Shown: one piece after another, positions 1 to 14,701 of the stretch | Layout of the letters: every line of letters starts with the position of its first letter | How positions within the stretch are numbered: the stretch's first letter is position 1 | From: Trichoplax adhaerens | Taxonomy: Eukaryota > Animalia > Placozoa | Assembly: GCF_000150275.1 (NCBI RefSeq) | Contig: NW_002060943.1 | Location: forward strand, 3,222,444 to 3,286,443 | Reading direction: 5' to 3' | DNA: 64,000 nucleotides | Translations under genes and position numbers: made by a program | The notes under the pieces: generated by a model | Databases searched by the model: none | What the model was told of the DNA's origin: nothing | The model's input: only the letters and a program-made list of their open reading frames with translations

Positions 1-1170
1 GCAATTATTACACAGCATAACATTTCTAACAGTGGTCTATACAGCCAGTATCCATCTGATCGCTAGTCGTGATAGCATATCTAATTGAAATGGATGATTT
101 ATATCCACTTTTAGCGAGTGATGATACGATAGATCATTCAAAAGGGTGAAATGGATATCATTTCTTTTTTTTTTTTGGATACTTACCTTTGATCCATCAA
201 CGCGTAGAATTCTACTGTACATAGGATTACATAAAATCTTATTTTCAAAATGACTCTCGACTAACCTTTTAACCAGTGGTTGTACATAAATCATTCTATA
301 CCAACCATTGGCCTGCTGTTAAAAACAACTCATCATCTTGATAGTGTAATGCTTAGCATGATCCATAAAACTCCTACAACAGTCATCCATCCGTAAGTAA
401 CAGAGAATCCATTTCGACCTTACGGCTATCTCTCCTTATTCGGTGACTGCCATAAAATGGAAAGGATTTGCAAATATCCTACTGTGCATAGAACATCCAT
501 CAAATACCCAAATACACTTGTGATTCAATAGCAATCAAACATCATTACTCTGTCAACAACTTTTCAATACTTGTTCAACTTGCATTGCATCCACTGACAA
601 ATTGCTCAACAATTTTATCGACATGTGGACAGTCATGAATTTCAAGTGAAAATCATTGGGTATTGCCGCCTGTAAATGGAGAGTACAATCAGTCAACATG
701 TTATCCTAACCCAACTCCATTTCCGTTGGCCAGCATACAGGATATCTTCCAATTCTGCATGAACATACATTGTATACGGTAACATAAGATGGAACAACAA
801 CTATATTAAGTGGTTCACTTGAAAGTGATCCACTTTATTCCACGTGTTGACGAACATATATGCCACTGCAATACCATGTGGCTTTGAAATCAATCATGGA
901 CTCTAGAATGGTGACAATCAATTGGAGCCCAAAGTGAACGTCCATGACTGCTCCGAGAGCATATAAATAGTTGTTGCCAACGCCTTGAAGGCATTTCCAA
1001 TTTGACCATCACATGATTCACATCGCCATCCTCATCGTAATTGTTCGTCTTGACATTAACTTACTGCTAGTAGAAGAATCCAATTCGACTTTGAACGACT
1101 GATCTCATGGACATTTTTTTTAATTTCTTATATTTTAGATCCACAAAATCAAATTTCAATCAAGTTAACC

Positions 1171-4100
1171 ATGGCGTACGACGATAACAGCACATTCAGA
1201 CGAAGCGTTGATGGCTGTGGCAATACTTCCGTAGACAATCATTCGGACAGTCTTGATTATAATGGAATTCTGTCTGATCTACTCTATCAGTCCGATAGGC
1301 AAACTGATCGTACAACATCACCAATGTTGCCACTTTCCACTACTTCAACACAACAAGCGAGATTAACCAGTAATTCTAACCAGTCTACCGCTACAACAAG
1401 CAACACTAATAGTACATCTCCTATGTTAATGATTAATTCTGATAGGACAAGCAGCAATACTCATAGTCTACATCAAAAAACGACCAATTATCCGCCTCAT
1501 ACTAACAATCATTTTCCAAGGTACACCGATCAACTATGCCCAACTGCTCCATCTCAACACAGGATTGCTAATCTCTCAACTTATAGCCAACACGTAGGTT
1601 GCACTAATTATAATGTAGACAATCGTGCAAGAAATAACATTTCCCATCATGATAACCAAGCTATCAATTTCAAAACCGACCGCAAGAACGCCAATGGCAG
1701 TGGCACACATCATTTAAGCAATGATCAATCATCCCCATTTGTAGTCAATCAAGTAAATCCTCACATTCACAATCAAACATACGGTCGCTCTTATTTGTCC
1801 AGCAATACTAATAATATAGAAATGGCTTCATCCAATCTTCCTACATCCCAAGCATCGTTATGGTCGCCTGCACGTGAAATTTCAGCCAATTTAATGAATA
1901 ACAGTGAGAATTTGGATCATGCACATGTTGGTGATAATTCTATCATGGATCCTGAAGCCACTTTTAATAATCCATTTTTAATGTCAACTATGGGTAATTT
2001 TACATCTTCAATCAACGCGTTCAATGATTCTTTCCCTCGAATGCGATCTTCATATTGTAATTCATCACCATCCCATCAATCTCAGCGCCGCTATAGCAGG
2101 GAATCAACTACTTCCAGAACTCGTGGCAACATGAAATCGCCTACTACATCACGTAACTTTAATCCCAATTTTCAATCTAGTCATTTTTCTCATCCATCAC
2201 AAGATAGGTCTCTTGCCTCCAATTCTGCTAGTAGTAGCGGTAATTTGAGTGCAGTTTCAAATATGCCCACATTTGATACTTTTTCCACGTCGACAATATC
2301 CCAGTAAGTGATAGCCGTTCGTTCAATTAAGAGTATTTCACTGATATATTGTAGATAGGGTAGTAAGAAAATGATTATATTTTGCGTTATTTTGCATCAC
2401 CGTATAGAGAAATACTCTTAAAAGCGTTCATTACCTTATCCCAACAGTACAATTAGGACAAGCCATGATTGTACTATTGACATCAATTTCTAATGTTTTA
2501 CATCTTATTTTTTTCCCTCTGACATTAAACGATGCAGTCCTCGAGTCAAGCCGACATTAGATGTGGCTTCTGAATCGCATAGTTTGGATGTCTTGTGCGA
2601 TGTAGCTAGCGAATTCTATAATGAACAAAATGATGATTTATTCAATCTTCCGATACCTTCCACTAGCAGTAATTATGAATGTGGTACTAATGTTGAAAGA
2701 TGTAAAATGCATTCAAACGGTCGTAATGCCGAATATAATGCAGATCGACAAATGGAACCATCACCTAAACGTATTCGACGGTCGAACAATCTATCTACAA
2801 GCAGTAATGCATCAGCTTCTACAGCATCGAATAACCACCAAAGATCAGTAGCAGTAATCGTGCTAGATGATGATGGAAGTGATGATGAAGCTAGAAATAA
2901 TAACAACAATACCAATCCAATGGCTAATATCCCCACTGTGATTGATTTATGCGAGGTCAGTTTTCATGTATACCCCGATACATTATTCTGCATAAATCTG
3001 TCTTATCCCAATTGAATATGGAATTGGATCAATAAAAAATTAACAGATATAATGATGAAAATTATATCTATCCCGTAATTATTGGTTGTTAATAATAATT
3101 TGGCAATTGCTCATTGAAATGATATTTTTGTAATGTGAATTTATAGAGTCCGCCATCGCAACATCATCGTCAAGAAGAAGAAATTGAGGTGATCTCATTA
3201 CCGACGTTACCATCATCACCGCCAGTGCCATTACAACATACTACTACTACTGTTGAAAATCCTGATATTTTTTCAGTAAGATATGATCAAGAATGCTTAC
3301 CTAACTTATCTGTATATAAAATATAATTTGCATATTGTCAAGGAATTTTCTAAATTTACTAATAGTTGCAACAACTTTTACAGGATAATGCTGACGATGA
3401 AGATGTCGTTTTTACCAGACGTGTCAATTCAACAATTTCTGATGTAAGTCTGATCGATCGATTGATTGATTGAGTAATTGATAAAGAGTTACGTTATGCC
3501 ATTAGTTGAAATGTTTTAGAATTATTTAATAAATGATATTACTTGTATAATCATTTCTATAATTTTCTATATTTAATCAATGCTACTTCTAACTTAAACG
3601 TGTCATCTTTTCATTATTACAATAGATTGATTGCCAAAAGCGAATGATTAAACTAAACCTTAACTATAACATATCATTGTCGATTACAGCGTTTCCTTCG
3701 TAGGTTCTTATTAAACTCGGATGATAATAGCACTGTCAGTGATGTTCCATCTTCATCGTCTAATAGTGAAGTAAATAGTGGAAATTCCTTCGGCTGGACG
3801 CAATCTGAGTCGTCACGTATGCCAGCTACTTCACCGTTAAATTTAGGCAATCCACCATCATTTACACCACCGTATGTTTCGCATGTTTCGCATGTTTTCC
3901 GCATCCTACCACTTGGTATTCCGAGTCCTTTTCGAGTATGGTGCTTATTTTAATAAAGTTGTAATTAATAATGAAATATTTGAATAAGCTAACAATATAA
4001 TCATTTTTTGCCTTTTTTATTTTCAATTTGGACGTGATTACTTAGATCACTGTCGGCTTAGATGCTCCACATTTCAACAATAATAATAGAAGAGGTGGCC

Positions 4101-4712
4101 TTGAAAAGCGCAGTAAGTAACTTGAAATGTTTTAATATTGTATATAGCAAGTTATGCAACTATGATAACGAGTAGAAATATATTGTAAAAACTGGAAAGT
4201 ACATATATTATATTTAAGTTAGGTAATGTTAATGGTATATGTTTTTGTCTGTCAAAAATATATAGGCATAGATAATTTATCATCTCGTAGATTTGATGGA
4301 AAGGCTGATAACGATGCAACATCTGATACTACGTAAGTAGACACTTGTTTATACTTTACTGTCTATCTTAGTCGAATTGAAGTGTAGTATATACCTTCAT
4401 GTACTAACGATCAATTTCTTCTCCCATTTCATCCAATACTAATACACTCTAGCTGTGCAATATGCATGGATGATTATAAGAAACGAGAAAAGATTCGGGA
4501 ATTACCTTGTTCTCATGGTTTTCATGCACGTTGTGTTGATAAATGGCTGCGGGTGAGCGACGGGAATAATTTTGTAGCTTATTATACATGATTTATCCGA
4601 TATTATGAAAATGTGTTTATTTTATAGTTAATAGTCAATGATACTTATTTTTAACTTGTAGCAACACAATTCGTGTCCAATTTGTCGAGAAAATATCAAT
4701 CCTACTGTGTAG
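1171..4712 (+). CDS. RING-H2 E3 ubiquitin ligase with long disordered N-terminus and clustered SIM-like motifs (Arkadia/RNF111-RNF38-like architecture)
   Basis: Phase-consistent GT-AG exons: 1171-2303, 2538-2955, 3147-3275, 3384-3443, 3690-3935, 4046-4112, 4266-4332, 4453-4552, 4662-4712 (TAG). The C-terminus reads [16 protein letters not shown]...[42 protein letters not shown], a C3H2C3 RING-H2. Confidence 0.85.
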
Positions 4713-5669
4713 CTCCTGGTGCATCGGGCTCTGACAACGCCGTGCCCAATTAGTGACTGTGAATTAATTTTGATTTAATGTACTTGTTTTATAATTTTGT
4801 ATGATAATAATATACGTACAGTACAATAACTAGTTAATGGAATAGTAGTCTTAAAATATATCCGTACAGTGGATTATTTTATAAAATTATTCGAGATATA
4901 TAAAAATCAGATAATTGTAATTATGTAGGTCTTGTCGCAGATACTTGACCATATTTTAATTTCCGTATGTCGCACAAACAGTGGTTTACTTTTATATAAG
5001 TGCGTAGAATTGTACGATTAGTATATGATCAGTTTATTTTAAAAATGTGATTTATATACTAAAGAAAGTTACATATAATATTCCATAAATAAAAGATATG
5101 CCGATTTTAGATACAGTAATTACGTACTACATTAGTACCGGATTTGCAATCTTCGCTGGTAAATACGAGATAAGTAATCGACTAGACGGTAGTCTTTGAC
5201 CTAAATAGTACTGTACTGTATCGGCTACTGAATACTTTCAACATAACTTGAATGATTACTGTAAAATTAAGTATTTATCTATCTATCTCTCTCTCTCTCT
5301 ATATGTATATGTATCAACATAAGTACGATATCTATATATCTGATATAGTGTCCCAAGCATCATGTACGAAATCGAAATTTTTCTTAATAAAATTGTATTG
5401 CTACGCTTAAACAATAAAATCTTAGAATTTCGAATTATTTTAGCCTAGATTTTTTATATATTTGTAGTAGCAAGACTGCGGCTGTATGTATACGTTATTA
5501 AATAGATATTACAAAATAGAAATTTCTGTACTTGAAGCAGTGGAATTAGCGTGTTATTATTAAATTAATGGTCAAATATTCTGTACAGAAGAATTTTGTT
5601 AATTACATATGCTAATGTCTGCACTCTTGGTTTCTGTAATCTTGGACCATAAGAGTATTATCGTTGACA

Positions 5670-8600
5670 TCAGCAGAGTGTCTCTGTAGATCGTTTCATG
5701 CTATTAAGGTAACTAGTAGATCTTCGTACTGATGAAGTCGAATCTTCATATACAGTCACTTCAGCTACATCGCCACTAATATTAATTAAGCACTGACCCT
5801 ATTAATTAGGTAATAAATTCAATAACCGTTAGAGATAAAGGTAAGACGGTAATTTTTTCAAGTGAAAATTTAGAGATTAATGCTGCACTATAGATATCAT
5901 AAAACAATTTGACAATTCGTATTCGATAGCTATTCAACCTGATTCCGGTGAGTATTGTCTTCGATGAATAATTCATTTAAACGGTAAGATAAAAAGGCAT
6001 TACCACCGATAGCGCGCGTGTAAGCTCGTATGATGGCATGAACTTCAGTTAGTGCTCGGTAAATAAAGCCAGCTTTATCACCAAACTAAAAAAGATAATA
6101 CTTTTGTTACAGATTATTTAAAATAATTACAGAAACAGCAAAAATTATCACTATAAGAATACAAAGAAAAGACCTACCTCTCTAATCGAGGTACTTTCAC
6201 GAATGAATGACATATTAAAATATCCAAGGTAACAATCTACTCGACCGGATGGAATCTGTGATGTCGTAGTTACTAATACAGATGTAGGCTGCCACGCACA
6301 TAAATTAGGAGAAAATCATTTCAAATACTCCATCCTTTACAAGAATTGCATTGAGATATTAGTCACAATTTTCACCTTATATTCTTTTTTAATCTTTGGA
6401 TGCGGCTGAACTTGCTCATTCATATCTTCAAATTGGAAGATCATATTCGTATGGCTGCCATCAGCTTGTACCGTAACATTTCCTTCTATAGTAATTGTAA
6501 TATCCACATAGTTAATATCTAAATATTGTTTCAAAGAAAACTCGTAAAAATAAACTTACCAATAACAGCGTTATCGGAGCTTCCGAAACTTATCTTTCTT
6601 TCAAGCTTGAGCAATGTTGCAACCGTGTATAGCTAGCACAATATACAGTTGTAGCAAGACTTATGTATAAGTATAGCACTACAAAATAAATGTAGATCAA
6701 CAGATAACCAATTACCTCGATTTCATCGCCATTTAATCTAAGTGTATGATTTATGCCGCATAAACAACAAGGTAATTGCTTTCGTGCTTTAAAATGAAGG
6801 TACTGAAACATAACCGCATAATATTAACACCAATAACAATAATACGTATATAACTAGTGATCATACCAAAGATTTATTACCTGGTTCGCTTGTTTACAAA
6901 AGTCGGATAGATGTGCGTTAGAGGATGGAATTGAAATATACTGTACTCCAGTCATAGTCTAAACAAGCATACTTTTTTAAAATGTATACGATAATCATAA
7001 ATTCTTATGATAACAATACGCATTAACAACGAAACTTACTTGAAAAGTGCTCGATAAATATCTGATCCCAGGAAGGCAGTCAGTATTACATTGGTATAAA
7101 CCTATTTAAAGTCGTAATATCGGAACGTGGTTTACACATGACTTTAGTATACGAGTAATCGTAAATAACTTAGATATAGAGTCTTAATTACGAACCCTTT
7201 GGTAATTGCTCGTCTAGGAGTACCGATAGCGTTTCAGTAGACAAGTCATCAACCTATAATAAGAAAGTGCGGTAACAACTATGTCAAAATAATGCTATTC
7301 AAAAATTGATTAATCGAATATCAATTACAGAGACTTTATACCTGTAAATAAGCTAACTGTTTAACCGGACTATCTTCAGCAATTTTCATTTCTGTTAATC
7401 CTCCTTTGCTTTCGGTTCTTCGATGTCGGCCTGGATCTCGTATGGTGGGATTGACAACATCAGTTGGAGTTCTGACTTCGTCGGTTGGAGATGCAGTATT
7501 TCTGTCGGTATTTTCTTCTTGCAAACCGTACAGTTGAGTATTGGTTGCTAACGTTTCCCGTAACTGCTGCTGAATGATTTTTAATGAAGTTGCGTGCACA
7601 TCGGATCCCTATTAATGTTTACAAGTATTTTAATTTTGGACTATCCATTATTTGCTGTGAACATGATACATAGAGCAGATCGCTATTATTACTTACACTT
7701 GTCTCTGCATTATTAATAAAATCTGGCGTATCAGGGGACGGTAAAGCCGTCAAATAAACGGCTGTTGCGGTCTGTGAATAATTTCAGTTTAGATATGTTA
7801 CATATACAATACACCCAACTATATGCATTGGTACAGTACATTACAGATATGAAATATTTACCGCTACAGCAGCCATTGCCGTATCACCTATGGAAACATT
7901 GATTTGTAGACCAAATAAACTATTCATTCCTTTTATCTGGGTATACATCAAGTGAGAAAGGGATATTACGTAATTGGAGCTTTATATGCAATAGTATAAT
8001 CCATCTGGAGTACCTTCAATTTACTCAAGAGTTGCTGGTGCAATTCATACACAAGGAATGGCAGTTTCTATTGCATTAATGCCATATTGGAAAATTCAAT
8101 ATATGAACAATTACAAATTCTAAATCACAAAATACCTCATTGACAATATAAGCATGAGATTCCTTTTGAGCCTTTCTTGTACTGCGAATGACTCTAGATA
8201 TCCATTCATTAGAAGGTAATCGAATCAAAAACGATTACATAAGATTTAAAGATGAAGAATTAAATGTCAGCAGTTTCATTCGTTAAAGTTCTCAGAACAG
8301 AGTGGTGATTTATTATTTTCCTACCTAGCTTGTATATAGCATCCTCGTCCACGTATAGCAAATTCAGGAGGTGTTTCAATAGTATTAAACAGTACGTCTG
8401 GGACCCTTCCTCGACTGCAAATAGCAAATCAAGAGCAAATGCCAAAAATTAAACTCGAATAATTAATTCATCAAAAACAATTTTCGATAGTCTTGTTCCG
8501 GTTGATATGAGCAAATATCCTCTAAAACTAGATTATGGACTTTTACCTGCAAAAATTACATAAGTTAATTTTTGTGGGTAAAGGCAATTCATTTTCTTGA

Positions 8601-11198
8601 TAAGGAATATGGTAAATTCCACAACCAGAATTATGAGGTTCTTCCCTATTTATAGTTTCATAATTAGAGAAGTCGACGATACGAATAAATATCTTTACAG
8701 ATAACGGTTCAAACTGACCCCAAATCGGTACTTTTAGAAGAGGCGTCATTGCGAAAAGCATTGGTAACTAGTATTAAGTAGACATGTTATGGTAAGTCGT
8801 ACGAGGAATCACAATATTGGGAATAATGCTAGCGGAAAACAGATAACATGTTGTTACCTTGCGCTGATACGTTTACAGCCGTTCCAATAGCAGACAGAAG
8901 GCATAAATCATCACTGATATGAGAAATAAAGTTTAAAAAGGCAGTTAATTTAGGGCGATGTTATAAAGGTACTAGGCAAAGCATAGTTAAGATAAGAACC
9001 ATATCGACAAGCTTTCAGAGTAGCCGGCCACACAATCACATTCAAGCAATTTTGCATGAGATTGAATTTCCAATCGTAGTTCGCGCCACCACGAATCCCG
9101 TACTTCCGATTCATCTTTTGCAGTGTAAGAAGATCATAGTTGAGCACGTGTTATGCTTAACATTTCTTTGCAATAACGATACAAATGGTTCCTTACCGGG
9201 ATTATCGATTTTATCTAGCAGCTTAACTGATCTAGCTGATACAATCCCACCAACAGATTTCAGAAATCCAGCAGGAAACGACGAGATAGTAAAGAATTTA
9301 AATTCCTATGTATTTTGATAGAAAAATATATCTCAAAATTTAAGCATTCACAGGTTGCTTTGAAAGATCACTACACTAATTAATTTGAAGTTCTAAAGTT
9401 TAGATGCAGTTAGGTTAGAATATCTTACGGTCGTATCGAAACCCGATGGTGGTTGCCATGTTGGTACGATTGGATTCACTAAAAAGTAGCATATTTGTAT
9501 CCAATGTTAATAATTAAAAGATGTACTTAGATGCCATCAATGAAAGACTTAAGCTATTGTCTGTACTAAAATTACCGCTAGGTCCTGATGGAATTCCATC
9601 CGAGGAAGATGTTGATGATGCATGTATCAATAAATTGCCATCTTTTCCTACACTGATACAACGATTTTTTACTGGTGTCGAGGGTGCTTTCGATTGAATT
9701 TGATTATGAAGGTCGATATCGATTGGAGACGAACTAACTTCTTGAATAATCTTGTCTTTAAAGGCTTTTTTTGGTCTATCGGAAAAGGATTTTAGTCATT
9801 TAATATATTCAGGTGGAGCTACGCGATCCATAATCGTAAAATCTTTGTCTAGATTTTGTCTAATCAAGGCAACACATACAGTACCTTTCAATTCTGTCAG
9901 GACTACCAATGGTTTGGTCATCAATGTTAGTAATTCGTGAGTGAGTAGTAGATAAATGTGGCGATGATACAATACTAAGTTTTCTAATTACAGCTGCTGT
10001 GCCAATACCTCGTACCACAATGCCGGATTCACCTTCAACGTCAATGCATTGTCTATACCTATTTATTTATAATGCATTTCAAGTATAGGAAAGAATTATA
10101 GCCAGTGCAGCTAGAATAGCTGTATTGCCATATGTCACGCAAAGCAATAACACTGCATCATAGTTACCCCAAGACAGCATTTCCATTTAGTTCAATAACC
10201 TTATTCCCAGTTTTTCGTTGTACTTCACCTAAATCGTCGAGAGCATTCGTCATTGGCATCGCTATGCTATTGTAAATATTACGGCTCTGATATACAGTAG
10301 CAAGCATCTAGTCATACCTGAAAGTCGTTGCAAAAGACGTTGCCGGGCTTGATTGGAAGTTCTTGAGCTTCTGATTTTATCGCGCCACTAATACAATAAA
10401 GATCAAAATCATTTACCATAGTCAGCATATACTCCAGAGAGTTACTATTTTATTTAACACATATACCTCGTATTCAGGATCATTGTTTACTACTAATTCT
10501 TCAACCAATCCTAGAATATTTGTGATTTGGTAGCCATGAGGTATTTCAGTGGCTAAATGTTGGACATAATAAAATTTTAAATTATTTGTTATTAAGATTT
10601 TAAACTGTAGTTCAATGTATACCATTAAGCCATTAACCATGTTGCTCTACCAAATCTACTTTGATGGCAGAATCATTAAACATTTATACTGTACTTACAG
10701 GAGAACATTTTCACACCACAAGAGGATTCTTTAAATTTATTAAAATCACGAAATAATTCTACCGTGACTATAATGTTCAGCTCACCGCGGACACCTGTAT
10801 GGTTGTATCGGTTATGCCAGAACAATTTTAATTTAAAAAACTATTATTATTCGAGATCTAATGACAAGAAAGTTTCGTATTACCTCTTAGCGTGTCATAA
10901 ACCGGAAACCAACCCGATAGTTGTTGGGAAGAACTCCTTTGCAATAGCGGAGTAAGGCAGACATAAACCTTTGATTTGATAAATTGTTATAATAATATGA
11001 TCTTGATGAGCGCATTATGGAGTAAAACGATAGCTTTTAATTATTGCCTCTCATTCATTTATACATATTGCACATTATGTATAATCTAAGATCAAGACAA
11101 ACGTCAATTTAAGCGCAGTATAACAAGTTAATAAAGCCAGTTATATTAAGTCATGTAATAACCGAAATCGATCCATTAAACACAACTACAGTACGAAC

Positions 11199-11235
<37 letters not shown>

Positions 11236-13199
11236 TCGTAATGATGAATTGACTGTATAAGTGTACGTTGGAGATTGCTCATTAGGAGATCATTTTAGTG
11301 CAATATAGTATAAATTTATTTGGAATTATATTCATTTAAACAAATTTCAAAGAGTTTATGTTGTATTTGCAAAGGTATTTAATTTACTTATTACCATTCC
11401 AATAGCATCGTGGGCGGTATACGTATCATGATCTAGAACCCTTTCAAATTGTTTCAAAGCAACTCATTAATTTTCTTTAATTAACAGTAGAAAATAAAAC
11501 TTGGAAGTTTAAATTCAGCCGAAAGCGAACATCACCTAAAATGATCTATAAACTAAAACTATTTTGTATACTCATATAATAGCCAAGATAGAAAATACGC
11601 AATTAATGCCGGGAAGTTGCTTACTTTATTTCCAAGCATCTGTCTTGTACTTCTTCATCATCAGCCTATATAATAGGTATAATGCTAGTTAGAAATTGAC
11701 ACATATAATCCTACATTTATATATCAAAGTTACTTACATATCACAATCTATACTAAGTACATCTACTAGTAGTCTATCCTTTATTAAAGATTTTTTTGTG
11801 ATTCCGTATACGGTACAGTTGATTAGAAATGGCCGTTATCTGTAGATCTACAGTAAAAGTTACAGTTATCTAGTGGCCACTGACCTCAAAGCGAAACCAG
11901 TCGCATTTCCAAGAAGGATTAAGTGTACGCTTACAAACATCAGTTTTGTAAGTATTACTACCAAACTTGACCTGTACAAGTAAGGTAACAAATAGAAAAG
12001 TGTTAATGTTACCAGAGGTATATTGAATTAACCGTAAAAATGAAGGATTGCACTTAGTTCCTGGCGTATACTTTTCATCACATGAAACATAAAACGTTAT
12101 ATGCCATAGTATTTGAGCAAAGGTAATAGAATTATCATATTATTTAATATCACGAATTTTTGTAAGTATTTCAGCGACAAAAATGAATACCATCAATGTA
12201 CCCATATCGAACGACATTCCCCAAGTATGAATGGATAAGTTAACGAGATGACAGATATGCAACTGATTCATCAATTGAATAAGGTATCGGAGTCATTTGC
12301 GATAGAATTTATAACGGTAACTCTTGTATGTTGATGAAAGAAAATTCGTATTCAGGATATATGAAAAAGTAGGGTTTAAAAGGATAGAGTTTCATGTGCA
12401 TTTCTTCCGTAGTACAGTACAATGCATTCAGAAATGAATTAACACTAATACGTATTGTTTATCTACTTTATTTTAGTACTTGATCCCAAAATTGAAATAC
12501 ACCAAGACTAGATTGAACAAAGTTGTCCAAAGCTAGAGAGTAGTTTGTGTATCACTTTCTAAGCATGTCGCAAGACTGGATTAAATTTAATAGGATTGTA
12601 TTGACGATGGTGGCAGAATTGTGCAAATATGGAATAAAGGGGAAATGCAGGCATTGTCATGAGCAGGACGTTATTGTGTATGGTACTAGGCTACTAGCTA
12701 CTACTCGTCTTTTCAGGGGTTGGTCGTAATTTTGGGAATTGGCCATTTTCGATCACACCTAATACTACTAGCGCAACGACAGTATTGTTTGAAAACTATT
12801 GTGCATCAGAGAGAATACAAGTTGGCAAGATTTGGTTTGAAAGTAAGCGGTCCACTCGTATAACAATACAGGATACAACGATGACAAGACATGTTATTCC
12901 TCTTCTTTCTACCTAGGCCTAGGCAAATAAGGCTACATTCTACCCACTGCTTCCAACTGAAATTGATCGATTGTCGACAATTTGTGGTAGTTTGATATTG
13001 GCAAAATTACTTATATGCCACAGCATATTTTCGTATTTACTAATATGCCACTCAAAAAATCTTTGCAAAGGTTAGACATGTACTTCGCTTTCACTGTAGC
13101 AATACGTACCTCAACAAATGCATCGGCTAAATCGCTCGCCCGATCCATGACGGGAAAATTGCGACCAGCGACTATTTTTACATTGATTTTGGCCGGCAT
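5670..13199 (-). CDS. C2CD5: C2 calcium-dependent domain-containing protein 5 (KIAA0528), more than 25 small exons
   Basis: Exon 1 (13199-13110) MPAKINVKIVAGRNFPVMDRASDLADAFVE, then VKFGSNTYKTDVCKRTLNPSW (11971-11885), VLDHDTY, LSGWFPVYDT, GVRGELNIIV, GLVEELVVNNDPEYE, SVGGIVSARSVKLLD, FIRESTSIRE and QCLINISGD...TGA at 5672-5670. These are recognisable C2CD5 blocks in the expected order. Confidence 0.93.
11200..11230. repeat. (TA)n microsatellite in a C2CD5 intron
   Basis: About 15 perfect TA units. Confidence 0.9.
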
Positions 13200-14159
13200 G
13201 ATCCTACACTCCATTAAGAATAAGTATATTTTGATCAGTCGAAGGTTTATGCTTGTATGTCTATTCGTTGAACAAGTATTGTCATGGATCGCTTTATCAA
13301 TTCAATATGGTTACAAAGCAGCACTATCAACAACAAATCTTGATGTTGTATCAGATGTACAGTATATGACGATTGGCATCATACTTTTACTTATTGGATT
13401 CAACTACCGTACCTGAATGGCTTTCTTTCTTACCGGGATCAACCAAGTTGGTACAGTAGAGTCAGTGCAAGGAGTTAATGCTAGGTGTAATATCCAAATC
13501 AATCAATTCGTTCTCTGTCGTTTTTGATCTCTTACTTACTCCTTCTGTGCAATCTTTTTGACGTTCTCTACAAATCCACTGCAGTTCAACAACATCCACA
13601 CATGTTGAGCAGTCTATTGGGGGATGCTGTTGGATACCGATGCAATCCTAATCCAGTAATGGACAAATGGGTTGTTGGAAGCTTCTTCGACGTCACTAGC
13701 CGGCTCCCGACACTTTGCAAAAAGACCAATTCGCTTGGCTTGAAATTGTTGTACACTTCGCCAATCTTTGGATGGGAAATCACAGCAGATTAACTCAGCA
13801 CTACATAGATTCCAAGTTATTCACTGCTAGAAATTCTATCAATTGCCAATAGATCAATATTGATCAATTTTCTACTTCATGCAATGCAAGAAAAACTAAT
13901 ATTAAACTTGTCAGTCAGCACTGGTCTAATCATAGTCAACACTTAATCTAGTGTTGTTAATCAATATGATTTCTTTGGCGTCAGCCAGACAGCCGCCGTT
14001 ACACTGGTCTAGTACGACCATAGTGGTACTCTAGAGTGCGTCTACAGTGTATAGTACCGTACCGCGTACAGTACTGTGTCAAGGGTATCAACATCGCTTT
14101 ATTGCGCATGCACCAAACAGGAGATCAGCCTGTGAATGGGGAGGGGGGGGAGGGGGGTA

Positions 14160-14701
14160 CAAAAAATGAATTCAATCGTCGATGTCATTAGTTTATTTTC
14201 ATCAATTAAATGAACTCGATTCTCTGTCCTTTTAAACTTGAAAATGCAGCGAATACGAATAGAAGCATCAAAGGAAGTATAGATAAAAGATAAAATCGTA
14301 AATTGCATACGGCTTTATATCCCTGACGTTGGGCCTTGAACGGACCTTTACATGTTCAGTAGGTTGTCCCTTTTTAGACAGTACTGGAGTAAGACAACAT
14401 GCTTAAATACCGATACATTTTAACCAACGTTTCAAAAAATGAATTCTATCGTCGATGTCATTAGTTTATTTTCATCAATTAAATGAACTCGATTCTCTGT
14501 CCTTTTAAACTTGAAAATGCAGCGAATACGAATAGAAGCATCAAAGGAAGTATAGATAAAAGATAAAATCGTAAATTGCATACGGCTTTATATCCCTGAC
14601 GTTGGGCTAATCGCCTTGAACGGACCTTTACACGTTCAGTAGGTTGTCCCTTTTTAGACAGTACTGGAGTAAGACAACATACTTAAATACCGCTACATTT
14701 T
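14160..14701. repeat. Direct tandem duplication, two copies of ~273 bp
   Basis: caaaaaatgaattc(a/t)atcgtcgatgtcattag... starts at 14160 and 14433. The copies differ by a few substitutions and a 7-nt indel (gttgggc[taatcgc]cttgaa). Confidence 0.95.
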
